The notes under the pieces are model-generated. The model was not told the origin of the DNA. It saw only the letters and a program-made list of their open reading frames with translations, and ran no database searches. Made by a program: the position numbers and the translations under genes. Below, one piece after another: positions 49,445 through 63,312 of a stretch of 64,000 nucleotides of DNA. This stretch comes from Takakia lepidozioides (taxonomy: Eukaryota; Plantae; Bryophyta): NCBI GenBank assembly GCA_030704615.1, contig CM060734.1, positions 34,100,001-34,164,000 on the forward strand, given 5' to 3'. The number at the start of each line of letters is the position of its first letter. Positions within the stretch are counted from its first letter, which is position 1.

Positions 49445-50157
49445 CAGAGGGGTCAACTCTGAGGTTAAGAAAACCATGCTTTGTCGCATTATTAGACTTG
49501 CCTTGGAGTACGGATCTGCAATATGGGTTGATAAATCTGACTTAGAGGCTGTAGTGTCCAAAGCCATGTCTGTTGCCATGAGATTGTCAGATGAAAATGA
49601 AGTTAGGCAAAAAACTTCCCTGAACTTGTTTCCAGTCAGTGACATGGGGGAGGACATCTTGGATGACCTCAAGGGTCTACCCACTCTCAGCACTAGACTG
49701 AAAATTTAAACTCAGGGCAGGAAGCCTACCTTTGAACAGCAAACAGAAGCAGAGAGGAAAGGGAGAGTGCAATTGCCCGTTGTGTGGGCAATCTGAAGAC
49801 AGTACTCATTTTCTGATACACTGTCCGGGGTTCTCTCACCAAAGAGACGCTCTCTTCAAATCTATCAAGGGAATTGTGCCTGTACCTCTGTTTACCAACT
49901 TTGAAAGTCTCAAGGTTGAGCCAAAAGCCCAGGCCCTCCTGAGGCCTAGTTATTGGGCAAATCACACACATCAGTTTGATGCTTGTGTGAAGGGATCTCT
50001 AGAGGATATCTGGAAAACCCAGATTAATTCTATATATGAAGGTAAGTCTTACTACCAACGTCAGCCCCTGACAGAGGCAGGTTCTGTCCCTTTTGTTTCT
50101 GCTCAAACTGGGCGCGGGGTCAATGGCCACAAGGCTACGGCAAACAACGTCTTATGA
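49445..50157 (+). mobile_element. LINE ORF2 3' fragment with internal deletion
   Basis: IIRLALEYGSAIW (RT thumb) joined to the C-terminal CPLCGQSEDSTHFLIHC region; stop at 50155-50157. Confidence 0.8.
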
Positions 50158-50529
50158 GTACAATCTTTTTAACTTTTTCTGCACCCTCTCTCCCTTGTGG
50201 TTTGTTTACTTTTGTGAACAGCAAAAAAAAGAGGGAGGGAGAGAGAGAGAGAGAGAGGGAGGGGGAGAGAGGGACAGAGAGGGACAGAGAGAGGGAGAGA
50301 TCAGGAAACCAAAAAAAAAGAAAATGGGGGGGGGGGGGGTGTGAGCCCGTGGTGCTCAGCAGCTGTTGGTGGTGCTCAGTCACTTCCCCCCACCTTTTTC
50401 TTTTCTCTTTGTTGCCCCCTCTCGAGACCCCGAGCACTTGCTGCTCTCAGCCCCCGGCATGCTTGATTTTTTTTGTTTTTGATCTAGAATGTAGAGGTTG
50501 TTTCCTAATGAGGCCAACTTGTGGGTTTG

Positions 50530-52370
50530 CATGACATGTGCCAGCTTATGGGGAAAGAGAAGAAGTCCCCTGCCCCAAAGAAAGGGGCGGACAATCCGTT
50601 TGCTCTGCCAGCACGTGTGACGTGCCAGGGCGTCTCACGGTTAACCAGCCCCGGCAACAGCCGCAGCCGGACGGCTCGTCTGCCCCCCAAGGCCAGTACC
50701 CCCCCTCTTGTCCACATCTTGGATGCGCCAGGGGCTGGCTCAGCCAGCTCTCCTATTCGGGAGGTTGTTGCTGAGCCGGATGCTCAGTTGAGCACACCCC
50801 CGGCCACCATGACGGGTGAAATGTACCTTGGCAAGCACATCACCCGTTCGGGGGCCCGGTATGGGCACCTTTTGGATGTCATCCCCATAGCGACCCCTTC
50901 CTCCGCAACAAAGGCTGCACTTGCCAAGGCCCAACGTTAGGTTCAAGGGCCTTTGAAAGCCTCCATTGCCAGCCCATTGTTGTCGATGAGGGAGGAGGAG
51001 ACGAGGAGGGCCAATGAAGTGGCCAAGATGAAGAAGTCAAGCCGGGTGAGGGCTTCTACCCTGATACGCATTTGGGGGGGGGGGGGGGAGAGAGGAGGAG
51101 GTTGGACCAGCCTAGCCGATCAGCGACACCGCCCCCTAAGCCTGAGCGGTCAGCAAAGAAGGGCCTGGACTACGGGGTGCCGCCGCCAGCTATGCTCCAC
51201 ATCTGGAATCTACTTCCAGTGGCGCTCCGGGAGGGGATAGAGCGGGCACATCCGGCAACGGGGACTCCTCCCACATCGGGTGACACCGGGGGCGAGTTGG
51301 ACAAGCTTGCAAAGGTACAACTGTCGCACTTTGTTCCATGATTTATCCTTTCCTTTGCATGCATGATTTTCTTTGTTGTTTGTTTCTTTTTTTGAATTTG
51401 GAGGGGTTATTTGTCTTCAGGAGGCAGCAACATGGCTGGCCTCATTGGTGCAGTCCAGTGGGGTTGCCAATGAGGGACAACACGTGGTGTTCATGAAGGA
51501 CTCGAACACCAAAGGTAAGAAGAAGAGGCCTCGATCTCCCGATATCCCTTTTACCATCAATGAAGGGGCTGCCGAGGAGAGAGAGAGAAGGGAGAGGAAG
51601 TAGCGGGGAAGGGGAAGGAGATGGTCGTGGAGAAGGGGAAGGAAAAGAAGAAGAAGAAAAAGAAGTCCCATGGAGAGGAAGGGGTGAGTGTGCATGCGGG
51701 GGAGGGCAGTGGGGTAACAAAGGAGCATGGGAAGAAGGCTACAAAGAAGGGAGAGGGTGGGATGGCCTTGGCAATACAGGACGTGGAGTTGGCAAAGATC
51801 GTAGTGCCACCGGTGGAGTTGAATCGCCATGGTGACCCCTGCGGTGCGTTCTGGGAGGCTATGAAGAAGCCAGCCTTCGAACTCGCATTGAGGTGGTTCC
51901 CTTTGCACATCGAGTGGGCTGATCAGCACTTTGGCGCGAAGCGGGCATATGCCCGTGAATTAGACCGCCGGTTTCCGGGCAATTGGAGTGACACAAAGGT
52001 GATGGAGATGGTGGGGGCGAAACTTGAAGGACAGGAGGTACCGTGCCAGATAGATCATTCGGAGGGCAATGGAAAAGGGGGCCATACCCAAACCACCTTA
52101 TGGAATTACACAGGTTGGCAAATCCTGAATCATGTCACCTTCCATTTGTCGCATGTGCATTAATGAGGTGGATTTGATGCAATGTAATTCACTAATTGTT
52201 GGGGGGGGGGGGATAGGTATCGTAGGATGCACTCATTGCGGGAGAGACTGATGCCGCAAACAAGGCCAAATTTGACCGGGCACGCGAAGCAACAACAGTC
52301 CGCCTTGACAAGCACGAATCCACACACAAGTGGGGCGCCGGCGGATCCAAGGGTTTTATCTTGCGATTTG
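50530..52370 (+). pseudogene. Probable CACTA TnpA/Ptta-like accessory gene remnant (spliced)
   Basis: Low-complexity N-terminus, then ELALRWFPLHIEWADQ..ELDRRFPGNWS..VMEMVG and ANKAKFDRAREA..HKWGAGGSKGF, which resembles the H-x-x-G-x-x-G motif of Ptta/EnSpm proteins. GT-AG introns at ~51315-51420 and ~52114-52216. Confidence 0.4.
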
Positions 52371-52582
52371 TAAGTCGTACTTCCCTATGGATTTTGTTAT
52401 GTCTTCTTTCTGGCTCCATCATCTCTTCATATTTATCCCTCTAGTTCCACTTTCAAATTTATTATTTTGCATTTGTCCTTTGCATTTAATTCATTATTAT
52501 CAGGACCACCAACACTAGCATTTCAGTTTTGTAATTAGGGTGGAGCCATTACGCGACTAGCCGCTTGTTAATAAATATCGCG

Positions 52583-52633
52583 GTAACAGGATTTGAGCCC
52601 TGAATCACCCCGGTGGCACGCAGGGTAATATCC
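52583..52633 (-). mobile_element. Second, more degenerate copy of the tRNA-derived element
   Basis: GTAACAGGATTTGAGCCCTGAATCACCCCGGTGGCACGCAGGGTAATATCC aligns with 28721-28771 GTAGCAGGATTCAACCCCACAATCATCTGGGTGGCACTCAGTGGTCTATCC. Confidence 0.55.
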
Positions 52634-54629
52634 TCATAAGCATGTACAAGAAGTTGAACTCCACCATGAAACTGTTCATCCAGGGGTGTCATTCATTAGA
52701 AATATGGACAATATTCTGGTGGCAACTGTCTCTTCGAATTGGAAGCGTAAATCGAAGAAAAAAAAAAAGAAAGAAAAAGCGGTAAAGCGTCAAAAGCTGA
52801 TGAACCCTTTGCGTAGTGGGCCTGCCTTAAGAAGGCAGGGCCAATAAAAATAATCAGCAAATTTCGACCTTTCAAAAAGGGAATATTCTATCGTAAATTC
52901 CTTATTTTTCCATGGATGGAATCGCCAAACTTTTCCAAATATTTCATGGATGAATCTGCCAAATACGGATGCTATCAATGGATGAAGGTACAAAAGAGTA
53001 TGATTCTATCCAAATTTCACTGGATGAACAAAATATATGGCTATTTCTTGCATCCCAAGGTCATTGGATAAAACATAAAACCCATGGTAAGCCCCACCTA
53101 TGATGTCAGCGAATGGGAAAAGGTTCACATGGAATTTGGAAAGTGGCCCTTAGTTAAGTTACTACAACCCCACGTTCTCAACGGCCGGGCTTGGAATCGT
53201 TGGGCTTTGCTACGAAATGCCCTACACCGGCCGGAATCCCCTGATGATGTGGATAGTCAATGCACCAGCACCCAACAATCTGCACTGCTGGGCTGCCTGC
53301 GTAATTTTGGGAGAAAGCGTGCCGACAATCCAACGTCAAATCCGCACGTGGTTTTCGTTTGCTTTTCATATGAAGGTCTGTTGCTATAAAAGATTGGAGG
53401 GAGCTGCAGTTTCCTGCCACTTCGGGCTCTTCGGTTGCAGCACTAACTTTGCCTTTGTCGGTCCTCTGTACGAAAGACGGGCGAACAGAAGGGTGCGAAT
53501 GTAATAAGACTTGAGAGGCAGTTTGCTCGGGGTCAAGCCCATGTGCTGTTGACATTCGTGTGCCCTTACGAGTAGCGTGCATCCCAAGTTTGTCCTAATC
53601 GTGTTTCCCAGGCCAGAAGATAACTTGCTACCTGAACTGCCTTCTACTGATCCGGCCGCATTAGACGTTGGGGTATACATATCCACTTCTACATAGCTTG
53701 CACCTCCATAGATATCATGGATTCTATGATGCTCGAATGTTCTTCCTGTTGTGAATTATTGAAGTTACATCTGATCTCCATCCTACCTGGCCTAGGTAGC
53801 AGCAGTGGAAAAATAGAACGAGGGAAAATTTATTTAAATGGTGGAAGTTGAGGCTCAATTACTACTAAGCAACATGTATATACATGTTTTTCAAAATCAA
53901 CGATGCCTATCCATACGATCATCCAGGCCCCCAAAGTATCCAAATGACAAACACGCCAGTTAATTCGTTTGAGGAAAAGTCTGAAGACTGATGATGATCC
54001 AAGCTTCCAACTCCAACAAATAGCTTAGGACTGAAAAAGTGAATTTTGCGGAAGGTCAAACATATACCCCACCAGCACCATGCACTCAATGAGTGAAGTC
54101 CGGATAGCTCTGTTGAAGTATGATTCTGCCACCTCAGTGTTGCCATGTTATCAAGATAGTACATCAATGAAGTGCCACACTACGTGAATGCTACTTCATC
54201 TAGTTTGAACGATGTTACTGGCCAGCAATATTGGAGCTGTTTAGTCTTTTAATCTCTAGTTTTGTCTATCTGCAAAAAGATAGCGCACGACAGACCAGTA
54301 CGAAGTAGATACTCACAAGCTAGTGTGAATTAGCTAATAGGATAGGATACAGTAACAGTTCCAGGATGTTACACTGGAAGAGCACAGCAATATCATATGC
54401 AATCAATAATTATCTACCCCTCTATCTTGTCTCTTGTTTGCCTGACTGTTTGCCTGACTGATTGTTTGCCTGACTGCATTCACAGCTTTTGTGTTTCAAT
54501 AAGCTCAGCTTGGTGATGGGTATTTCAAGTGTTTTGCAATACATGTTAGCAGCACAACCTGGTCCATTGGCGAGAGTTGAGTCGACTCTGCAGAAAATAG
54601 TTTGGCAGATAACATCACTGAGCAGAGCC

Positions 54630-54673
54630 AAAACTTGCTAAAACTTGCTAAAACTTGCTAAAACTTGCCAAAA
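54630..54673. repeat. 10-bp minisatellite (AAAACTTGCT)x4; nearby (TTTGCCTGACTG)x3 at ~54437-54476
   Basis: Read directly. Confidence 0.9.
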
Positions 54674-55623
54674 TTTACAACGGGACTTCAACCTCACTTC
54701 AACTTCGTCTTGTGCCATGTCTTTCGAGCAGTAGCCATTCTCTTTGCCTGATGATTGTATGCTGTAGGAAAATAAAAGGCTCTAGATAATAGAGCTGTGA
54801 GGTTCAAGGATATCCGGAAGTATCGCCCACCTTAGACTAGATTGAGGTTGAGACCTGTCAAGTGGTTGCCTAAAGCTCAAATTTCGCATTTAACATCACT
54901 CCATCCACATGGGTCTATTGAGCACGCATCACTTTCACATGGATACAGATCCAGCAATATGGTGGCCCCAGATAGACCTATCAGGGTATAATTATGAGTA
55001 ATTATGCTCCCACATTTCACTAATAAAGTGCTTAAGATGCTCTTCATATCCTTGTGGATTTACGGAATCTCAAAGAGATACGAGCCCGGAGATGTCATGA
55101 AACGGTGTACACAAAGAAGCAAGTCTGTGAGGTGGCACCCTACTCTCTGATCCTGAAGTAGAATAAGGCCTTGCGCGATTAGCCACACAATCTAGCTTCT
55201 ACGTCCGTCTTCGTCAAACAACCACCTGGCAAAGAAGAGATGGCACCTGAGCCGCTGAGCTTCCGACCTTGCTCCACAACTGCCTTCTCGCTGCCTTACT
55301 GGTAGTGTGGAGACCTGGACCCTTCCACTTTTTGAATTCAAATGTTTCGACAGTTGTTCAATTCCGTTCCACAGAAACCAAATTTCGTCCAAAGTTGAGG
55401 GACGCCTTGTCGTCTCGTCGAATACTTCCGTTCCCCTAAACCCTAACAATTTCTCTTACCCCTCCGAAGTGTTTTGTTTCCCGCTCGTCTCGACTCATAC
55501 TCTCATGTTCATCATCCTCTGAGTCGATGATAGGAAATTTCTATTCAGTTCTCTTTCGTCCCGCTTAAAAGACTTGCCTTTTCGAGAATCTACTTCGTTT
55601 TGCGATTTCTGCGGCAACCGGCT

Positions 55624-58600
55624 ATGGCGGTTGTGGTAGCCTCCAAACATTTGACAGGCTTCAAAGAAACTGACAAGGAGGTGTGTCACTCTTATCTCTG
55701 TTTTCACTCTCAAGAGAGGGAAAATGTCACACGACGATGTGTAATACTTTGCTTGCAGCCATGGGTTGCTGGGATTAACCTGTCCCGGCGGGGTGGGAAT
55801 CTCTCTGTGGAACTGACAATTCTCTAAAAACCATCGGCCCCGGTGCAATAGATTTAGTCTGGCTGTTGTCAAACACTTGTGATAGTCAGGTGGAACGAAA
55901 CGCACTAAGGAAACTTCTACCGTGGTATTAGACTAAAGAGTAAGAGTGGTGTTCATGTATGTGAAAGAAAGCATAAAAGAGGGGTTGCTGATTGCTGCCT
56001 ACCCCTTTACTTGTTGGACTTCGAAATCAATGAATTCATGAGTTTGTGATTCCGGTTGTCTCCTCTTGATCGTTTTTTATGAATGGGGAAGTCAATATGC
56101 ATTGTGTATAGCTGTTTTTGTTATGTAATTGTCTTAGAGACAACTAAATCGAAAGCTTGCAATCAGAAATGGTGCGAACTGAACAAGCATTGTCTGTTTA
56201 TATTAGTGTCCAGAGCACAAAGCCATCAATGGTGCTTGCAGTGGATTGTTTCCAATTGGCACTCATTCTGACCTTCTGATGGTGATGTTGTGAATTGAGG
56301 GTGGCAGGTCCTAGTCAAAATTGTGAAGATGGCACGGGCGCGAAAAGTGAAGGGTCACAAGGGCCAATGGGACAATTTCATAGCAGCTGTCAACAGGAAG
56401 ACCAGGGGATATTTCAATGACCCTGCCATGCATCCAGTTGCTGTCCTTTCAGCATTCGTGGAGACCTTTACTGGTGAAGATGAAATTGAGGTGGGTCTCG
56501 TTTTGTTGAGCTATCTATTTGACTGCTGTTTAGTCTATCTTCCCTCTGTTAGGTGTACTGCAGTCCCTTGGAGGATTTCTCATGGAAGGTGGCTGATTTT
56601 CTTATGGTTACTGTTCAGGGTGTAAGGTCACAATTTATTTGAATCATACTAGTCCATCTGATGGCTGATTTCCTGTATTGATAATGAGTGTGCAGATGGT
56701 TAAGAGGCTCCGCGAGTGGGCACAGCTCTCCTTGCTTGAAAAACAATTGAACCAGACTCAGCCATGGCCAATGTCTTCAGAACAGGTATGCATTGGAGGC
56801 AAAGAGAGCCAAATGTTTTCTTAGTAGTATGCTCGTAGCAAGCAAACTGACTCATAGCCCTGATTGGGTCCAATTCAGGCAAAAAAGGTACCGAGGAGGG
56901 ACATACTGCCAACCAGATGCACTACAATTCAGAGCTTGACATGCAGTTGATTTACTGCTCCAGATTGCAGCACTGGTTGTCTTCAATGCATTCTGAGTGC
57001 ATTAGGTTTTCAATTACAGTATGTAACCACTCGGTGGTTTATTCAGTAGGCAGTTCATGTGGTATCCTTCACTAATCTGATTTAGGTCAATTTGTGAGTC
57101 TCATGTAACTCTTTCAGCAATATGAACTAGAAACATGTCGTCCCGTAGACATGTCTTTGTGTTTGGAAGGTGAAATTCATTGAAGCTACAGAGGAGGTAT
57201 GGTTATAATTGTTTGCAACTGTTACAAATATCAAGGATTATGTCTCCATTCTTTCAGTCAACATAAACTAGGTTAAGAATGCGGTGATGGCAGTGCAGGA
57301 GCTGGTGGAGTTCACTCAAGCACATCCGCGATTTAGGGCCTTATACAGTTTTCCTTCCTACCATCAGGTGCGTTTCTTGCATTTCCCGAATAACTCTATC
57401 TTGAGGTGCCTCTATCGTATGGTTCTACATGGTGCGCTATGCAGAAAATGAAGACAGCACTGATCTTCTACTCCAAGTAGCCCTAGTTTGATCTTCACCG
57501 GGAGTTGGAAAAGCCCACTGGATATATTGTATGTTGGGGGCGTAGAACGCACTTCATGTGCACAAGAGGAGAGAACATGTGCTTGTGGAGTTTGTGTTGA
57601 TCAGGAGTGACATTGCGTTGGGCTGACAGGACTGGATAGTGTCAAAGAGAGGGTATGCTAGCTGTCCAGAAAGGCTGGTGGCTCTCGACTGTGAAATGGT
57701 GCAGTGTGAAGGGGGTAACGAGGAGGTTGTTCGTTTATGTGCTGTAGATCGTGATTGCAATGTAAGCAAAACACTTGACCTTCTGTCTGTTCTAATGTAC
57801 TGTGGATTAATTTTTCTTTCTTTCCTTTTCTGTTTTGGTCCTCCCAAGTGGTTAGTATCCCAGGGTTTTATCCAGAGTATTTCTTAGCAAATTTTGAGGT
57901 TGATTGGACCATGAGTATTCTTCACGTTATGAGACCTGTGAAATGCCTAGAAAATTGTAAAACTCTTCTGACACTATGCCAGCTGACCACCAGAGGAATC
58001 TTGGATTGGCCATTAGTTCTCTTGCTTCAAAAGTTGGATTACTGAATGTGATTCATGGGTTCTGTTGCATGCAGATGTTGATTGATGAGCTGGTTCTGCC
58101 AAGCAAACGGGTGATTGATTATATGTCGAACATTACAGGAGTTGGGCCTGAGGATTTGGAAGGGGTTACTCTGACCCAACCAGGTGCGCAGGTATATTTA
58201 CCATTCATTAGGGAATTGCAGATTTCTGAGCTTGGTCATTTTTTAAACATCCTGGCGAAACAAATCAAGAGAGAGAGCGGGAGAGAAGGCACTCATCAGA
58301 CTTAGATTGCCATAGCAGTGTCCCATAGACCCCGCATGCGGTGTGGATAGAGCAGAAACGTGAGGAGAGAGGAGAGAGGACCGGAGATGATTGGTTGGCC
58401 AGTAGTTCTCAGAGTGGGAAGGCCCTTTGTATAATCCTTGAGTTCAGTTTTTCGCAAGCAGAAGCTTTCAGACGATTTTTGCAGACTTGAGCTGTACACA
58501 TTTTAGGAGTAGTCTCTCCGATGGCCTTGCTAATCTTGGTCTCAATCTCCTCCACTAACTTCTCTAAGAAAAGATAGGAAGGAACTTGATTGCTATATTT

Positions 58601-61600
58601 ACTGTCTTTCTGAGATACTCTCCGACATGCATGTACATGTCAAAGGAGACTACTCATAAGATGTTGTTTGCCATAGCCTTGTGGCCATAGAGCCTGCGCC
58701 CAGTTTGGGGAGACTCAGAGAGAAAGAAAGAAGCTTCAACTGTCCACACAGGAGAGAAAGAGCTGGATGTCCTCACGTTGTTGAAAGTCTTCTGACTGTA
58801 GGCTGCTTATGTTGCTCCGAGATGAGGTGCTGTCTCCTTGTGAGTAATGGGAGCATTTTACCGAGCATGGTTTTTTTTGTCTACTTTGCAGGAGTTGGTG
58901 AAGAGTTTACTGACTCCCAGCACCATTCTTGTGGGTCATAGCTTGCACCATGATTTGAAAGGTAAATAAGAGCTCATGTCTTCATGAATCTGAGAATTCC
59001 TCGAGCATTGTTTGATGGTAGTGGGTTAAGTTTATGCTCATTTGTTTGATGTCACTCTTTGCCTCAATAACATTGCTTTGAAAAAGATGTGCTTCTGTGG
59101 GTGAGACAGTTTTGAAGATTGATCACAAGCGGGTAATTGACACAGCGCTACTGTTCCGAAATGACAGTTTGCCTCTTCCTCGTTCTCCTAGCCTTTCTAT
59201 CCTATGCAAGGTAGTTTCCAACCTGACGCTACTCGGAATGCCTTTGTGGACAACATTCCTCAGCACTGTTTTGCCGAAGGCTGTTCTTAGATAATATATG
59301 GCCCATCAATGTAAAGTTTTGACATCTAGAGACTCATAACAAACGACTGGATCATCTCAAGGTCCCTTGTTGGATGTACAGATGATGAGTTCTTGCCTGT
59401 TCTACCCCCTCTCTTAACTTCTTGGATCCCTCATCTCACTACAACTAGACTTTTATTGTGGTCAAGAGGACTTAAGGGGTCATCATTTCTCATGTATTCT
59501 GAGATCTTCTTAGTCTCTGCAATGCCTTGTAGTGGCATTAGATCGATATGTGCTGTACTTACCTACTGAAACTGGATGAATATCTACACCAGGCTGTGTT
59601 AGGGTATGAATTTAGGGAGGAAGGCAAGGCCCACAACTGCCTAGAGGATGCCATCATCCCCATGCGCTTGGTTTTATATCGGCTTCAGCATGGCCCCTGC
59701 AATATATCTCCTCCCCCCGGGGTATGTATCCTTGTATGTCAATTTGACTGGAGAATAGATGTGTCACATGAAAGGGTATGTGTGGTTCTCTGGTTGCAAT
59801 AATGTAAAGCATATTTGATATTATATTAAGAAGTTTCTGCTGGACTTCTCTCGACAATACGTTAGTGGCTGTCACTCTCTGTGTATTCGTTTTCTCTTTG
59901 AGGGGGCAGAGGGAACACTTTCATCAGTGGCATGGTAATTTTAGCAGGTGACACGAGAGATGTTGTCAAGGCTGTTGTTGCACAAGTTACCCAAGTGTGC
60001 CACTGTCACATCACTACGATCTCTCTTCCCAGAGGAAATCCCTTGTACAATCGAGGTATGTTTGGCTCAACTGACTTACATTGAAGCTGTCTCCATGATA
60101 ACCAGGAGTGTACTGGTGTTAAAGGCGCAAATGTCGCAATGAGCCCCTCCATCTCTCCCTACCTTTTAACCTGTCCTCATCTCTATCTATATCGCTGTTG
60201 AGCATTGTGTCAAATTCTTGTGGGAGCCCAAAAAGGAGGGCCAGGAAGCAAAACAATGGATCAGGCCCCCACAGAGTCGAACCCCACTAAATTACTCCGC
60301 CAAGAGCAAAACCAGAATTGAAGCCCACCAATTGGAGGTCTTGACAAGTCCCTGGGGCTGTGCAAGTCCCTGGTGCGTCAGCGAAGGCCTGGATCTCAAA
60401 GAGGTGGCACTTCCCAGGTAGTTAGAAGTTTAAAATTCCACATGTAAATCCCTCTTGAACACGCATGGGGCCATCCTCGGAACATCTTCAGGCAACAACT
60501 GCCATTACTAAAAATCAAAACAGTTGACCTGCAGGTTAGCTTGGATGGACAACCACTATATCCATAAGGGAGTCAATCACCAGTTCACTTGCATCAAGTC
60601 TGGACACCCTCTAGACACTGCACAAAGCAGATAAACAGATGTGGGCCATAAAATCTTTATGTCAGCTTTGAACTTCATCTCAATACTGCAGTGGGCTGGA
60701 GCAAAATAGTCTGTTTTCTTAGGATAAAACGAGAAGTCTGGCATTAGCCCCTTGTCATGTAATTGTGAATAAAGAGCTCTGTTGGACAAGGTTCTCTAGT
60801 TTAGGCAGAGCCTGGTTGATGGAGATTCCCTATATATATGGATATTCATAAGTCCTGCCCTTCTGTGTTATTGTACTCCTCAAGTAAGCTTCTCATCAGT
60901 TAATAAGGTACTACTTGCTATGCTGTCTGCGGCATTCCAAGGACCACTCTCATGTCTCAGAAATCAAATTCCTGTTTGAACCTTGAATCAGTACTAAACT
61001 TTTGTGTGGGATTGTATTTCGTTAGGCAATATCTGAGAAGCACAAAGGCAGGATGACATTTGCCATATTTGAGATTGTGAAGGATGCGAATGATGCATTT
61101 GAGCACCTGGAAGGTGTACTCGGAGAGGTATTCATTTGGCTGACCCCGTGAGTCTAGGGTTTTGACCTTCCTTGGTCGCCTACTGAGAATCTGTGGTCAA
61201 GTGTGAACTACGTGCTCTAGGGGCATTTTGTGATCTTCTGATGAGGACTTCTTGCTACACATTCAATAGAATTATGAACTCCTGCACTCATGTCATGTTA
61301 TGCTCTATAGCGCAATTACAATCGTTGGGGTCACGGTCCCACAGGCCAAAGGCGTCTCTTGTGGATTTGAGCAAAGAGAAGACACTGGTAGTTGACACTG
61401 TAATGTGATGTTATCACTCCCAGTGCCAGCCACACCATAAAGAATGGAGGGGTGGAGAATTACACACTCATTGACCATTCCCTGGCTCTGTCATACCCTC
61501 AAGGACAGTACCCCTTGCATACTAACCCCCCCAGAGCTGGTTGACTAAGGCTAAGAAACTCAGCACTCCCGGATAGCTAAGACGATCAGGTTTAGAGGGC

Positions 61601-62751
61601 ATTGATCATCTAAAAGTGGCATTCACATGAACCCAGGAAGTATAACAGTCATCTACTGTAAGCATACACCTTCATGTAGATGTCACACCGGGATTCCCAC
61701 CCAACTGAGAGGCCATCTCTCTTTTTGGGTGAATGTTATAAGGCTAAGGCACCAATGCAATGGCATTCCATGGTGACTGTGGATGGAATTTCCATCCTCA
61801 AGCAGTATACCCTCCTCTCTATACCCTCCGCCATAGCTCACAAACCCAGTAGATCATGCAACACCACATCTGAAAGTTCAGAGCTTTCGCATTTAGAATT
61901 ACTTGACCTACCTCCCGATACTTTGCACTCTGCTGCATTTGACTATATGCACCTGTCAACCTTTGGCTAGAGTATTCACTTGCTGAGCTACCTTGCAGGA
62001 CTCATATGGGAACCCACAGAAGACAGTCCTTTTGGCCATCAGTGGCCTTGGCAAGAAACGCAGGAGGGCTGATATTCTAATTCGCAAAGTGTATAGGGAT
62101 ATTGTCGCAGCTGATGTGAGGCAGCTGGAGACTGGAGACAAGAGAGACTACTTTGTTGAACCTGTCAATAAGACTGGTGAAGTCAGGGGAGTTGAACAAG
62201 ATAACTGTGATGATATGTCTAATGTCCTTCTGAACAGGCAGGTAGTAGAATTTGGTGCAAAGCAGAAGGCCGAACAGACTGACTTAGCAGAGGATGGTGA
62301 AGCCCAATTGCCTGAGAGGTGCGAGGGAACAGTTTGCAATGGACTTCAGAGTAGGGAGGTTGAAGGAGGAATTTTGAAATCTAGTCTTAAGGACAGGGGT
62401 AAAGGACTTGAGATCAAAGAGAGCATTGAGCATAGGGGTCCCCTGGGGAATGGGTTCTGTGAGAAGGCACGTGGGGAAGGACATGAGACAGAAATGACTG
62501 GTGATACCGAGGCAATGACATTACCCTTGAAACGAAGTGCAAATGCTGGTAATGGATTTGAAGCTGACACACTGAGTGGAATCAAACGGCTCAAGTCTGG
62601 AAAAAAGTGTACGTGCGGCCATGTTGAGGAACTGCGATCTGTCAGTTCAGCACTTGCAGAAGCTCGACAGCAACTAAGGTTAAGAGACTCGGAAGTGCAG
62701 TCGTTACAGAAGCTGGTAGCAGCCCTTACCCGCCAGCAAGGCCTTGCTTGA
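55624..62751 (+). CDS. SDN: Small RNA degrading nuclease (SDN1/2/3-like DEDDh 3'-5' exonuclease with RRM-like domain); exons 55624-55680, 56308-56490, 56696-56785, 57299-57367, 57630-57761, 58075-58191, 58892-58961, 59110-59210, 59593-59721, 59948-60055, 61026-61127, 61999-62751
   Basis: N-terminus DKEVLVKIVK..KGHKGQWDNF..DPA, YSFPSY, ExoI LVALDCEMV, ExoII LVGHSLHHDLKVLKIDHKRVIDTA, ExoIII HNCLEDA, RRM-like LLLHKLP..FAIF..ANDAFEHLEG..DSYGNPQK and a C-terminal coiled coil. All junctions are GT-AG and keep the frame. Confidence 0.92.
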
Positions 62752-63312
62752 TTTTATCTTGGAGTGGATCCCATTTTGCCATTCCTTCAAGTTTCTTTAT
62801 CTGAGGTACAAGGATTGGTCCTCATGTGTTCAAGGCAAGGACCAGGTCTAGAGGATCAAGTGTGCTAGTCAAGCATCACAGTGTGGGGGTGAGCACTTCC
62901 ATCAGAATACGATGAGATATGCATGCCAATGGAGGAAAACTTCTTCCCCAATTTAAGGGCTCTATTGTGCTCACATTTCTCCTCTTCCCCCCTTCATGAA
63001 ATGTATGCTGCCAGGATGATATCTCAGATATTCCAGTATTTTTGTGGCTCATTTTCTGACCATCTCAGTTCTACCTTCATGATGGATTCACGGTGGAGTT
63101 TCAACTACAGCTTGGCACACATGGATTCGATGTTCAATTGGACAGGCTGCAGGGGGATCCCTGTATGAAGTGCAGGTCTACCATGGAATCCTTCAGCCAA
63201 CCCCCTCATAGTCCCTTCCGATATGCTGAACAAAGCATGTGTAGACACTATACTGTGACGAGTGCAGAAAGTGGCTTTGAGTAGGAGTCATCTTTCTTTC
63301 TTTCTTGCACTT

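Noticed and set aside
52798-52818. Right CACTA TIR (reverse complement CACTACGCAAAGGG) matching 41396
   Set aside because: It resembles the left TIR, but the 3-bp flanks differ (AGA vs GGC) and no GCGACG subterminal repeats precede it; left unassigned.
53084-53686. Cluster of ~100-130 aa ORFs
   Set aside because: Overlapping on both strands with no domain signature or convincing splice pattern.
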